A stretch of 64,000 nt of DNA from Octopus bimaculoides (taxonomy: Eukaryota): contig NC_068984.1 in NCBI RefSeq assembly GCF_001194135.2, positions 1,828,782 to 1,892,781 on the forward strand, in the 5' to 3' direction. The position numbers and the translations under genes are program-made. The notes under the pieces are model-generated. The model was given only the letters and a program-made list of their open reading frames with translations, did no database searches and was not told the DNA's origin. Below are positions 1 to 12,384 of this stretch, piece after piece; position 1 is the first letter of the stretch, and the number at the start of each line of letters is the position of its first letter.

Positions 1-710
1 CCACTTTTTATTATTTATAGAAATGACATTGCAGATTCCATCAAACGTAGCAGCATGGAAATCTTTGCAGATGACTCCAAGCTTTAGGAAGTCATCAAAA
101 GAGTGACCGATTGAATGAAACTTTAATCAGATCTATAAGCAGTAGACATGAGAAAAACAACTGATTGAGGAAAAATTTAAGCTCATCCACTTTGGAAAAG
201 AGAGCATCTTCAAACCATATTCAGTGCCATCAGGAGACCGATTTGTACCATTGAATAATATCAGAGATTTAGGTGTAACTGTCAGCAAAAAATTTGTACA
301 GCACATATTAACAAAGAAGTCGATATGGCCCTCAGAATGTGCTCATAGATGCTCAGAACTCTTCAGTCTAGAGTTCTGAGAATCCTGCTCTTCTCTACAT
401 TTGCTGGGTCTCACTTCTAATACTGCTGCACAAAACAAAATATAATGTGGATTGAAAGATTGCAGAGAGTCTTGCTTTATTCAACATCATCCTGAAAGAA
501 ATTAAGGTAGAAAAAGACCTCACAACATTCAAATGGTACCTGGACAAATTCCTCTAAAAAGTACCAGACAAACCACCAACACGTGGGTACGTCTCAGGCA
601 GCAACAGCCCTGCTTGAATGGTCCACAGTGTCCCAAAGCAGGACTTAAAAGACCTCTCTAGGTACTGCTATTATGTTAGTCACAACCTGGGCTGATAATG
701 GCTGAAATCA
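1..710 (+). mobile_element. Degenerate CR1-like LINE, 3' part of RT ORF
   Basis: Broken frames give IFADDSK (~61-81) and IRDLGV (~261-278); many stops and frameshifts. Confidence 0.65.
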
Positions 711-734
711 ATTTAAGTTATTTAAGTGATGATA

Positions 735-960
735 GTTGTAGAGAATTAAGTGGTAAGCTGGCAGAATCATTAACACACCGGGGAAGTGCTTAGCAGTATT
801 TTGCCCATCACTATGCTCTGAATTCAAATTCTGCTGAGGTTGACTTTGTCTTTCATCCTTTCAGGGTCAATAAATTAAGCACCAGTGAAACACAGGGGTT
901 GATCTAATCGACTAGTCCTCTCTCGACAAATTTCAGGCCTTGTGCCTACAGTAGAAAGGA
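735..960 (+). mobile_element. SINE with CTTTCATCCTTT..GGTCAATAAATTAAGCACCAG core (Meta-domain-like)
   Basis: Same core and GGCCTTGTGCCTA tail recur at ~31200-31330 and, reverse, ~41250-41295. Confidence 0.7.
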
Positions 961-1568
961 TGTTTGTAGAAATTGTGTGTAGAATTTGTCTCACACAACC
1001 CAATAAAAAATATATATCAAATGTGCTTAGTTCAATGTCTTGATTTTCATTTTATGTAATTCTTTCATCTAAAACTGGTCAGTTTGGTCGGAACTTCTTT
1101 TACTCTGTCCTCACAGAGTTGCAGGAAGAGATTAGACAATGTAAATGACACAAGATTTCTGTATCTAAAATAATTTATAACTCAATAATAACAATTTCTT
1201 TGTGTAGTAAATATTGAAAAAAAAAAAAACCTCATTAAGCATATAATTAAGAAAATCATTAGAAAGAGGAGGTACATGTTTCACTTATTTATTATTCAAC
1301 AGTTATGGCGACAACAATGGTGTGGTCACAAGTGCTGAAAATGGAAATCTATGTTAAAAACTATCATGTTTCTATTAACATAAATTTCACCATTATTTGT
1401 TTTGTAGTAGTAGCAGTAGTAACATCTTTATTTAAATAACAATGTTGTCTTTAATGTTTTAAAAACAATACTGATAAAACAGTCAGCAGCTGAAAGCCTT
1501 TCCTATCATTAACTTGGAGAAATTCTTTCTGTATTTCAGAACGCAAACTTCATCCGAAACGAAACAAA

Positions 1569-1977
1569 ATGGATGTGAAATACACCCAAGAAACCACACA
1601 GGTTTACTACTTTAAATACATGAGAGAATACCGAGCTGTGGCAGTTCTTTGGGGGATTCTGACTATAATCTGGTGCATCCTTACTGTTGTGGCTTTTGTC
1701 CAGCCACAATGGATTGGAGATACTGAGACTAGTCCAGGCTACGGTCATTTCGGAGTTTATGCCCATTGCTACCCAACCAGTACAACATGGAGGTATGGCT
1801 GTAAAGGGTCTTTCACTAATTTTGCTTCAATTCCAAATGGAGCATTCAAAGCAGTCACATTATTTGTCGGAATAGCTGCTCTGCTCAGTTTGATTTGTGT
1901 AGCAGCGCTTCTGCTCTTCTTTTGTTTCAAAAAAGTTATTGTGTTCAACCTCTGTGGAATCATGGAAATTATTTCAG
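1569..1977 (+). CDS. LHFPL3: LHFPL-like gene A coding exon 1
   Basis: MDVKYTQETT..RAVAVLWGILTIIW..QPQWIGDT..GHFGVYAHC..NGAFKA..CGIMEIIS; acceptor tttcag at 1539 (exon starts 1540); donor G|gtaaga at 1978. Confidence 0.93.
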
Positions 1978-2219
1978 GTAAGACAGAAGTTTACTTCTAG
2001 AAATTCTGAATACAAAAGAGACTTTTATAGAATGGTAGTTCATTCTTGTGGTATTGAAGCTATGACCCTTGCATGTTTATTTCATGAGTAGGCTGTTCTG
2101 TTGATTGGATAAACTGCAACTTTTATCATCACAACTGAACAAGTGCCAATAATATAAACCCACTACACATACATTACTATTTCTATCATGTTCACATCAC
2201 ATTCAGTGCAATATATATA

Positions 2220-3486
2220 TATCATCATCATCACTATTTAATGTTCACTTTCCATGCTGGCATGGGTTAGAGTTTGACGAGAACTGGTAAGCCGGAGAGC
2301 TGCACCAAGTTCCAGTCTGATTTGGCATGGTTTCTACAGCTGCATGCCCTTCCTAACACCAACCACTCCAAGAGTGTAATGGGTGCTTTGTACATGCCAC
2401 CAGCTTGGGTGCCAGTTATGCGATACCAGCATTAGCCACAATTACAATTTCACTTGGCTTGACGGGTCTTCTCAAGCATGGTATATTGTCAAAGGCTTCC
2501 GTCGTTTGTCATTGCCTCTGTGAGGCCCAGCATTTGATCCTGGGTCTACCTCTTCTACAGGTTTCTTCCACAATTAGAGATTGGCACCTCTTTACATAGC
2601 TGTCCTCATCCATATGCATCACATGATCATACCAGTGCATTCGTCTCTCCTGCACATCACATCTGATGTGTCTTATGCCCAACTTTTCTCTCAAGACGCT
2701 TACACTCTGTCATACATGCACACTGACATTGCCCATCCATTGAAGCATACTGACTTCATTTCTTTCAAACCATGGCAGTCACAGTCCATGTTTCACTGCT
2801 GTGTAGCATGGTTGTTTGCACACAGGCACCATACAATCTGCCTTTCACTCTGAGAAAGAAGCCCTTGGTTACCAACAAAAGTAGGAGCTCTCTGACCTTT
2901 GCTCAGCCTATTCTAGCAGCTATGCTTTCACAGCATCCACTCCTACCACTGACTTGGTCACCTAGGTAACAAAAGCTATTGGCTTCTACTTTCCCCACTG
3001 CCATCTAATGGAGGCTATTTTCAGAACATTTTTGGTGTTTATTGCCCATGTGCACCTTCCACACACAAAAACTATTTTCCTTGTTAGCTTTCCTCTGATA
3101 TTGCTGCACCTCTTATGTGTCCATAGGTTGCATTGGGTACATCCTATGGAGTTTCTACCTACACCTTTTCTACAGATCAAACAGGGCCATCTACCTGAAG
3201 GGATTTGTAATTTGTCTGCTTACCTACTTACTAAGACTTTGGTGTTTGCTAGGTTAATTCTAAGGCCCTTTGATTCTAGACCTTCCTTCCATACCGGGAA
3301 CTTCTTCTCTAGTTCTGATAGTGTTTCAGCTATAAGAGCAAGGTCATCAGCATAGAGGAACTCCCAGGGGTAACCCATCTTGAAATCCTCTGTTATTGTC
3401 TGGGGGACTATGATGAACAAGTGGGGGCTGATAGAATTTGTGCAGATGCTCTCCCCAAATATTCCTTCACCATTAATTAGCATCAT
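2220..3486 (-). mobile_element. 5'-truncated RTE-clade LINE in gene A intron 1
   Basis: LSPxLF/PWEFLYADDLALIAE RT motif (3220..3486), Cys/His finger (2986..3195), RRMHWYDHV..RRGRP end (2509..2694), 3' tail CCCATGCCAGCATGGAAAG..(ATG)n. Confidence 0.9.
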
Positions 3487-3559
3487 ACATCATCAGTCAT
3501 GTGTTGATTTCTTTGATACAATCAAATTTTGACCATTACAGTTTATGTTTCATGCCAGT

Positions 3560-4040
3560 TGCCATGCATCAGATATTTGTTGATGTGTGCTAAGTTTGGA
3601 ATTGTATGAGTATGGTTTCCATAATTAATCTTCTATTGATGTGCAAAATTTTATAACGTAAGTGTTCTCCTCCAGTATCTTTCTATTTAATTGTCTATTT
3701 AATTATCTTTCTATTTAAATGTTTTGTGTGTCATAGTGTAAGATTTACATGCTACCAATGCATGATCCCACATGAACATGTTGTAATGTTTGATTAATCC
3801 TATTTGTGACAATAATTGTTCAAACTTGCTCCAAGAGTCAATGATAGAGGCACTTTCGTGCTTGTTGAGTTTATCTTCAATTCGTAATGCTCCTTTATAG
3901 CATTACCAGCATTTGGAATTCTGGAAATTCTATTGTTTATTTTTCTGGGCCTTAAGTCCTCTGGAACAGATTAATGAGTTCATTCTTGTCAATATTCATA
4001 GTTTCACTGAGATCATCATTACTCTTTCTTGCCATTAATC
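3560..4040 (-). mobile_element. Possible piggyBac-like transposase remnant
   Basis: Minus frame KHYNMFM resembles piggyBac YNxxMGGVD, followed by a W-rich segment; heavily decayed. Confidence 0.3.
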
Positions 4041-4079
4041 CTCAGATTGTTAAAATGGAACTGTCACCAATTACAATAT

Positions 4080-4760
4080 CTGACAGGTAGAGGATGGTGA
4101 GTGCTTGACAACATTTTAGGAGAAGGGGTGCCCAGTCTTGGTCCTTTTTTAAATCAGGACTGTAAAAGAGGTTGAGCTGCAGAAAGATAAGCTTTGCAAA
4201 TGGGGACTGCATCCATTGCCTGTTTAGGGATTTTGTCATTCATACTGCACCCTCAGTAGAGGTTTGTGCATCAACAGTTATGGCACACAAAGTAGTCTGT
4301 TCAAAAGATGTTGGCAGCAGATGGACCAGCTAAGCAGTAGCATCAATCCCATCTACAAGAAGCAGTAAAACACATGTTGGTCAGTTGAAAGCTAGGGCAA
4401 GGCATGATGGTCAGCCAGTAAATTATAATGGAGACAATGTATGCATTTGCCTTTCAGAAATTGTTTTTCCTCAAATCCATTTCTGGGTGTGATTGGCCAT
4501 CCTGTTCTATAACATTGTCCCTGTTTCTATCCACCTGGAACATCTAGTACTAAACGAGATTCCTCCCGCCTTTCTTAACCAGTCGGTCTAATCAGTGTTC
4601 CACAATGGCATGGCCATGCCTCTACGGGAGCTGAGTTACAAGCCTCAATTTCCGTAGGTTAATTTTTGCATCCGTCACCATCTTGTATTCCTTTAGAAAA
4701 GTGCTGACCATGTCAACTTCTGTGGTGTCTGATGGCATTATGGTGACATTGTCCATGATG
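4080..4760 (-). mobile_element. Degenerate Tx1-like LINE RT fragment, same family as 22100-25130
   Basis: NVTIMPSDTTEVDMVSTFLKEYKMVTDAKIN; NAYIVSIIIYWLTIMPC matches NAYIAIVIDYRLTVAPC of the ORF at 23202..24746; SICCQH matches SIYCQH. Confidence 0.7.
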
Positions 4761-5014
4761 ATGATGATGATAACAAATAAAGAAAAAGGTGTAAAGTCTT
4801 ACAGCGTACAACTTCTTTGAAAGTCAAAACCATTTATCAACCATCTATCTTTGACCAAATGCATTGTGTTTATGTATCTGTTGTGGTACTACCACACAAC
4901 TGCAACTACTGTTGCACAACTAACAACTACCACCACACCACCACCATTTAACAATGTTCTAATTCTAGATTATGCCAAATTTCAATTTACCAGTGTCTTC
5001 AATCTTCCTTTCAG

Positions 5015-5254
5015 CTGTGCTGTTGTTTCTGGCGTGTATTATTTACCCAAGTGGATGGGACCTGACCACAGTTAAAGACATGTGTGGTCCCAATTCAGGT
5101 CCTTACAAACTGGGCAAATGTGGAATCCGATGGGCTTATATTTTAGCTATTCTTGGTATAATTGATGCTATCTTACTGGCCATTTTAGCCTTTATTTTGG
5201 CCAGCAAAAGAACAAAACCTGATGATTACAGCGTGACAGGAAAAATCACAAGAG
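5015..5254 (+). CDS. LHFPL3: LHFPL-like gene A coding exon 2
   Basis: cctttcag|CT acceptor, phase 1; AVLLFLACIIYPSGWD..CG..C.IRWAYILAILGIIDAILLAILAFILASK; donor G|gtaaat at 5255. Confidence 0.93.
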
Positions 5255-5810
5255 GTAAATATATATAAGTTTTCTCTCTCTCTCTTTGTTTCTTTAATTC
5301 TCCATTTATATTGATCTGCTCATCCACTCCCTATCTTTAATCATCTCTTGCAATGGCTACATTAGTTCCCGTTTTTTTTACCCCCAGCCACCCACTTACC
5401 AATATAAATATTTGATTAACCTGCCTCTAATTTAGAATAAAAATAAGGAATTTCATCCATTAAACTCTGTACTAAAGAGTTTGCTTTTTTTTTTTTTAAC
5501 CAATCCTCTCTCCACACAACCAGGAACTTTTAGCACTCCCACCTTGGCCAGGTTTTCCTTGTATCCATCACTTTACTAAACCAATCCATGATAAAACTAT
5601 CTGAAGTCTGTAAGAGACAACCCTTCATTAGTCTCTTCTCTCTTAGAACCATGGCGAACCTTTAATTTAATCTTAATTAAATATATCATCTCACTTGCTG
5701 CCAGTAATGATGGTTGATATAAAAATAGAGAAAGTTTAGGAATTGTTTTTTGGAAATCTGATGAAATTTTGCTTCTTACAAGTTTGTTGTTTTTTTTTTT
5801 CTATTTTCAG

Positions 5811-5965
5811 CTGAGCTGTATCCTAACTACAATGACACAATGCGTTCACAGGCGACAATTATCCGACCCACCATGATGTCCGTTCCTGATATTGGAGATA
5901 CATACTCAGAATATTCCCATCTTTCAAATAAGAAATCCCTTATCAATTTTGGCTTCCAGTTATAA
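5811..5965 (+). CDS. LHFPL3: LHFPL-like gene A terminal coding exon
   Basis: Long T tract plus ttttcag at 5810, phase 1; AELYPNYNDTMRSQATIIRPTMMSVPDIGDTYSEYSHLSNKKSLINFGFQL*; SEYSH shared with gene B exon 3. Confidence 0.85.
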
Positions 5966-7494
5966 AAACAAACTTTCTTCTTTTTAACAATTCCTCAACT
6001 TGAAACAACGAAAATCTTACTAACAATCTATTTTTACACAAGCTTCCCTTAAAAACACTTTCAGAACATATTTCAAACTATTTACATTCTCAATAAGGTT
6101 TATATATTTGACTTGAGTAGTCATTTGTCTTCTTCATATGTGTGTGTGTGTGTGTGTGTCACGTGAATGCTCCAAGCTTACAATAAATGCATAGAGAAGG
6201 CCTGGTGAAGAGAGCTGGAGTGACCCTCCTGTGTATGTAATTGTATACTTTTCTATGCGAATGTTTAGAGTTGTAATGTGTATGCGTGTACATGTATGTT
6301 ACTCTTTTTTTTATACTGAAACTAAAAGTTTGTATCACAATTTGAGTTTCATGCCCCAGCAATCTTCAGGTGAGAACACAGTGGCAAGAAACTGGAGTCG
6401 TCTGGAAAAACAACTACAAGAAAGAGCAAACCATGGAATAAAGGAGAAACAAATCATCCACTAATAGACAAAGAATTTACTGTAAAGCTGCACGGGAACA
6501 TAAAACATACACACACACACACACACAAAACTTTAAGTAGGAAGTAAATATTTTAATGTATTTCACAATAACAATAAGAATATATAGATTACAATTAACA
6601 ACTATTAAAAATATGCCGTTTATAATTTCGTTTTTAATCTAAAATATTCATTTGCTGTTTTAGTTTTACATTCATTTTTCCATGCTAGCATGGGTTAGAA
6701 GAATTCATATTATTGGGGCATTGTCTAACACAACCAAATGCCTTTCCTGTTACTGGTTTTTCAAGTTAGGAATTTCTCTTTATTCTGCATGTCTTTGGGA
6801 AGCTCAGACTTGAACAATCAGTTGACAAGGAATGACAACCAATTTCACAATTTGTAACTTAACAGTTTTTTTTAATGTGAAACACAGATTGTAAACATTT
6901 ATACACACACACACACACAAACACATTCATCTGTACGTGTGTCTATATATGTATATGCATATCATATATATATATACCCACATAAACAGATTCTATATAG
7001 TTTCCAGTACATCACATGCTAAACATAGGAAGTGAAGTAAAATCATTTGTTAAAATATCCCACACAAAGACCCTATTGCTGAAGCAGTCCTTATATGATG
7101 CTGTGGGGACAAAAATAAGTGTCATGCAGGAGTTTGAGAGCAAATAACGGAAACGGTACCACAAATGTAGAAGGTACCTTTGTCATATGATTCCAACAGC
7201 AATCAATATTTGTGGAGACAAATGATGATAAATTTCACATTCTTAATCTTTTTGCCAGTTATTAACAACAACAACAACAAGAATAATATTAATAATAATA
7301 ATAATAATAATAATAATGATAATAATAATCATCCTAAATGTTTTTTGTAAAAGGCATCAATAATATTAATAATTGGAAAACTTATCTTTTTAAAAGTTTA
7401 CATCTGCAAATGTTTAAATTTGATTTAATTTTCTAATAAATATTTACCATTTTCTATTGTTCTTTTTATGGGTGCATTTTTTCTTTTGCAAGAC

Positions 7495-7730
7495 ACTCGG
7501 TGACCCTGTTGGTGATGACACCACGTAAACTGCATTTGTGCCAGTGCCATGTAAAAGCACCCAATACTCTTTGTAATGTAGTTGGCATTAGGAAGGCCAC
7601 CCAGCTCTAGAAAGCACGATAAAACAGACAAGAGAGCCTGGTATGGCTTCCCCCACTCCTGCCTTGACAGCTCTTGTCAAAATGTCCAACCCATACCAGC
7701 ATGGAAAAGGGAGGATAAATGATGATGATT
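7495..7730 (+). mobile_element. SINE/RTE 3'-tail repeat
   Basis: GTTGGCATTAGGAAGG..CCAGCT.TAGAAA..CCAACCCAT.CCAGCATGGAAA..(ATG)n shared with the RTE 3' end at 2220-2400. Confidence 0.7.
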
Positions 7731-7800
7731 TCTTCCTTTACAGTTTTGTTACACTATTATTGTTCTCAACTATCAATGTCTAATCAGAAAATGATAGGGG

Positions 7801-8020
7801 CATTATCATCATCATCATCATCATCGTTTAACATCCGCTTTCCATGCTGGCATGGGTTGGACGGTTTGACTGGGGACTGGTGAGCCAGATAGCTGCACCA
7901 CGCCCCTATCTGATCTGGCAGAGTTTTTACAGCTGGATGCCCTTCCTAACGCCAAGCACTCTGAGAGTGTAGTGGGTGCTTTTTATGTGCCACCGGCATG
8001 AGGGCCAGTACTGGCATCGA
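7801..8020 (-). mobile_element. SINE/RTE 3'-tail repeat
   Basis: Reverse copy of the same tail, starting with (ATC)n. Confidence 0.75.
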
Positions 8021-8164
8021 CAATGCTAAAAAGGTGTTTTTTATGAGCTACTTGCATATTTGAACCACTTCCCGAACTTTCAGCACCTCTCCTCATCTAC
8101 ATACCGGCACTCCACCAGGATTACCACTGGATCCACTGACTCTACCTTCATGGATTTCACTGGG

Positions 8165-8205
<41 letters not shown>

Positions 8206-8214
8206 TGCCTGACT

Positions 8215-8385
8215 GGCCCTCGTGCTGGTGGCACGTAAAAGCACCTGCTACACTTTCGGAATGGTTGGCGTTAGGAAGGGCATCCAGCTGTAGAAACTCT
8301 GCCAGATCAGATTGGAGACTGGTGCAGCCTCCTGGTCCAACCCATGCCAGCATGGAAAGCGGACGTTAAACGATGATGATGATGA
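8215..8385 (+). mobile_element. SINE/RTE 3'-tail repeat
   Basis: GTGGCACGTAAAAGCACC..GGAAAGCGGACGTTAAACGATGATG. Confidence 0.75.
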
Positions 8386-9124
8386 TACACACACACACAC
8401 ACACAGGTGAGCATATAAGTGCAAAACAAGCTGGAAAAAATAGTACTTGAATACTGAAGGTAGAGTGATATACCTTTTATTAAAATGGCTGTTACTCAGA
8501 GTTTCACGTTGCCATTCGTTGGACAGTTGGGAACGGGAAACTGAGTAACAGTTCTGTAATAATTTTGCTGTTTTAATAAACAGTATATATATCATTATTT
8601 GATGTCTGCTTTCCAAGCTGGCATGGGTTGGATGGTTCAATAGGAGCTGGCCAGCTAAAGGGCTGTTCAGGCACCATGTTTATTTTGGCATGGTTTCTAT
8701 GGCTGGATGCCCTTCCAAACTCATACACTTACACATATATATATAAATAATTGAGGAGGGAAACAGAAGGTGGATGTGGTACACTGAATACGCACATGAG
8801 AGAGTACAACATGCCTGGAGGAATTCTGTATATGTAGAAGGATATCTTTTATACCAAACACCTGAGGAGGCACACACTGCACTGATTAATGCAACACAAT
8901 TAGATGCACAATATCTTACCTGTCGTGTTGAATACAGATTCGCACCAAATCCATTTTCTGTTTCTCTTATCGACTATAAATTAAACAAACAATGCAGAAT
9001 TCTTGATGTAGATCCAGTGAATATTATGTCATAACTGTGGATGACATCAGGTAGCCCAAACTGTGGAGGGGCTTTAATAGACATACTAATAGACATATAC
9101 CTAAAGTCCAAATAATTACTTCTA

Positions 9125-9240
9125 TATATAGGTGCAGGTGTGGCAAGAAGCTTGCTTCCAAACTGCATGGTTCTGGCTTCAGTCCCACTGCGTGACACCT
9201 TAGGCAAGTGTCTTCTACTATAGCCTTGGGCTGACTAAAA
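9125..9240 (+). mobile_element. tRNA-derived SINE head
   Basis: AAGAAGCTTGCTTCC..GGTTC.GG.TTCAGTCCCACTGCGTGACACCTT.GGCAAGTGTC recurs at 29620, 47300 and, reverse, 41000-41120. Confidence 0.7.
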
Positions 9241-9317
9241 CCTCGTGAGTGGATTTCTCTCACTGGACGGAACAGTAAACTTTGTTTTCTCTTTTGTTTT
9301 ATCTTTGTTTTATTTTT

Positions 9318-9500
9318 TGTTTCAGTCATTAGACTGTGACCATGCTGGAGCACTGCCATCAAGAATTTTCAGTCGCATGAATCAACCCCAGGACTTATTT
9401 TCTTTACTTTATTCTATCGGTCCCTTTTGCTGAACCATTAATTCATGTGGATGTAAACACACCAACACCGGTTGTTAAGCAGTGGTGTGGGACAAACACA
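9318..9500 (-). mobile_element. SINE body (CCAGCATGGCCGCAGTC..ATGACTGAAAC family)
   Basis: Reverse match to the body at 29790-29965. Confidence 0.7.
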
Positions 9501-9519
9501 GACACACATATCTATCTCA

Positions 9520-10180
9520 TCATCATGGGCAAGTGTTTTCTACTATAGCTTCAGGCCGACCAAAGCTTTGTGAGTGGATTTGGTAGACAGAAACTGAAAG
9601 AAGCCCGTTATATATAAATGTATGTATGTGTGCCGGTGTAAAAGAACCCACTACACTCTCGGAGTGGTTGGCGTTAGAAAGGGCATCCAGCTGTAGAAAC
9701 TCTGCCAGATCAGATTGGAGCCTGGTGTAGCCATCTGATTCCCCTGTCCCCAGTCAAATCGTCCAACCCATGCCAGCATGGAAAGCGGACGTTAAACGAT
9801 GATGACATGGGTTGGATGGTTCAATAGGAGCTGGCCAGCTAAAGGGCGAGAGTGTAGTGGGTGCTTTTACGTGCCACCGGCACAAGGGCCAATCAGGCGG
9901 AACTGGCAACGACCTTGCTTGAATGTTTTTTGTCACGTGCCACTGGCACAAGAGAACATGATTGATGCCAGGACTGCATGACTGGCTCCTGTGCTTGTAG
10001 CACATAAAAATCACCCACTACACACTCGGAGTGGTTGGCATTAGGAAAGGGATCCAGCTGTAGAAACACTGCCAGATCAGACTGGAGCCTGGGGCAGCCT
10101 CCTGGCTCTCCAGACCCCAGTCGAACCGTCCAACCCATGCCAGCATGGAAAACGAACGTTAAATGATGATGATGATGATG
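9520..10180 (+). mobile_element. Cluster: partial SINE head plus two RTE-type tails
   Basis: Head remnant 9525-9610; tails at 9640-9803 and 10010-10180. Confidence 0.7.
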
Positions 10181-10694
10181 ATAATATATATATGCACACA
10201 CACACATACATAGAGGGTCACACACCATGGGAGATATCAAGTATGCTTTATTAGCAATGAAGTAGGCAATCCATTACAAATGTTCAAAGTGTTGGCCATG
10301 GAGCTCTAAACAAGTGTTCATACGGAATTTGAAATTGTAATGAACCCCCTCAAATAGCTCTTCATTGCCTTTGACTTGTTCACACGCTTCAACAATTCTA
10401 CTGTCCTTTTCTTGCTTCAAGTCATAAGAAGGTATTGCGCTGCTACTCAGGCCAGTTCAACCAACACACTATGCATTAGTCAGGACTGCAGCTGCCAATG
10501 GCCTCTCATTTTCTCCATTTTTATCCTCCCTTGACCACTTCATGACAAAAAAACTGAGACATTAAACTAAACTAAAAATATGTAAAATAGTCGAGACTTT
10601 CATGGGAGTTTCCAGAGGGAACAAACAAGGGAGATAACCAACACACATACAGCTGGCTTCAGTGAAGTTTACAACTTCAATTTTTTTTTTCCTT

Positions 10695-10950
10695 GTTTCA
10701 ATCATCTGACTGCGGCCATGCTGGAGCACCGTCTTTAGTCGAACAAATTGACCCCAGGACATTCTTTGTAAGCCTAGTACTTATTCTATTGGTCTCTTTT
10801 ACTGAACCGCTATGTTATGGGGGACATAAACACACCAACATTGGTTGTCAAGTAATAGTGGGGGGGGGGGCAAACATAGACACATACACATATATACAAT
10901 GTGTTTCTTTCAGTTTCTATCTATCAAATCCACTCACAAGACTTTATTCA
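10695..10950 (-). mobile_element. tRNA-derived SINE
   Basis: CTGCGGCCATGCTGGAGCACCG..TTATTCTATTGGTCTC..; same family as 29610-29970. Confidence 0.7.
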
Positions 10951-12384
10951 GTCTGAGGCTCGTATACATACATACAGACACACACCTCATATATATCTAT
11001 AAAACGAAGCTTGAAATTTCGAAAAAATATAATCGTACTCTACACACTCTAAAAGACATTTGAAGAAAATTTCATTTAAATATCCACATTTTTCTGAAAG
11101 ATACGAGGAAGCAAAGCCAACTCGTGTGAATATTACGAAACTCGCTACCCAACCTTCGGAAAAAAAAAAATTACATTAAATTCTGATATAATCGTAATCT
11201 GCACCATCTGGAGTATATTTGTAGAAAATTTTTTAAGTACCCATTTTTCTGGAAGTTAGAGGAAACAAAATCGGGAGTGAAGTGGGGGGAGGCGCAGTAG
11301 TGTAAAATATTAAAATATTGTAGGCCCTGGCTGAGCTGTTTAGTCAGTTTGTATCCAATTTGCACAGGATAACATTGACGGAATGTCCTGAACAAACAGG
11401 GACGTATTTTAAGCATGTATTTTTAAGACAACACGGGAGGGATAGATTTTAACAATATTTTAGTTTAATGCTATCGCACACACACACGCATATATATTTA
11501 TATAAATATACACATATTTGTTCACAGTACTATCAATTCCTGCATAGAGTGACCAGCGATATTACACTAGCAATTAGCAAAGGGGTGACGTACGACTTGT
11601 TAGAAATTGGGCTGAAGCGATTTCAGAAAGTTTAGCTCCAGAACAACACCATTAAATAATTATTTCTGTGACATAAACAACGAAAAGAGACAACAAACCA
11701 AGAAATAATTATTTCAATAACAATTTGAACAATAAACAACTCACCAAAACTTTTCGCGGAATTTTTTACGAACATCAACTTCTGAGCTTTCTGATTGGTC
11801 GGAGTTATTAGCGACTTTAAATAGAAGTGAATTTTCAAGGGAAGTAATACTCGGTGGAATCCTCTTCATGGTTATTCAATATTAGAAATAGCAGCCAAAT
11901 CTCTTTGAATAAGACCCTGTAATCTATCTATCTATATATATAATCTTAAATAAAATTCTATAAAAATAAAAAGGGAAGACTCGTTGGTTAAGGTAGTCCC
12001 AGGTACACTATGCACGCAAAAATAAGAAGAATACAGTTAGGACTGGACAATGGCAAAGCGAGAAGTTTCAATGACATCGATATAGTAACTTCTGTTAAAG
12101 ATTTATTTTGTTTAGGTTATTCCTACAGATATTCTATATTAATAAAGTTATGAAACTTACGAATCCACAAACATTCATAAGATTCCCACAATAATAAATT
12201 CACATTTCTGTAAGGTTGAATGGATCAAAACTGAATTAAACGATTCACTTCGCTACATTTAATAAATTCACCAGTTATTCTCCAGTTAGAGAATTCTCAT
12301 AGGATATATTGACGCGACTATCATGGAGATATCGTCGGCAGAAGCAGATCAGTTCTATTAACTATTGTAGGAAACATCTATAGC

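Larger units (their letters stand above)
1569..5965 (+). other. LHFPL3: Gene A coding span: LHFPL tetraspan protein (LHFPL3/4/5/Tmhs-like), divergent paralog, 267 aa
   Basis: join(1569..1977,5015..5254,5811..5965)=804 nt open frame; GT-AG phase-1 introns; four hydrophobic segments; family motifs QPQWIGD, FGVY..C, YPSGWD, C..RWAYILAI. Symbol denotes family-level similarity. Confidence 0.92.
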
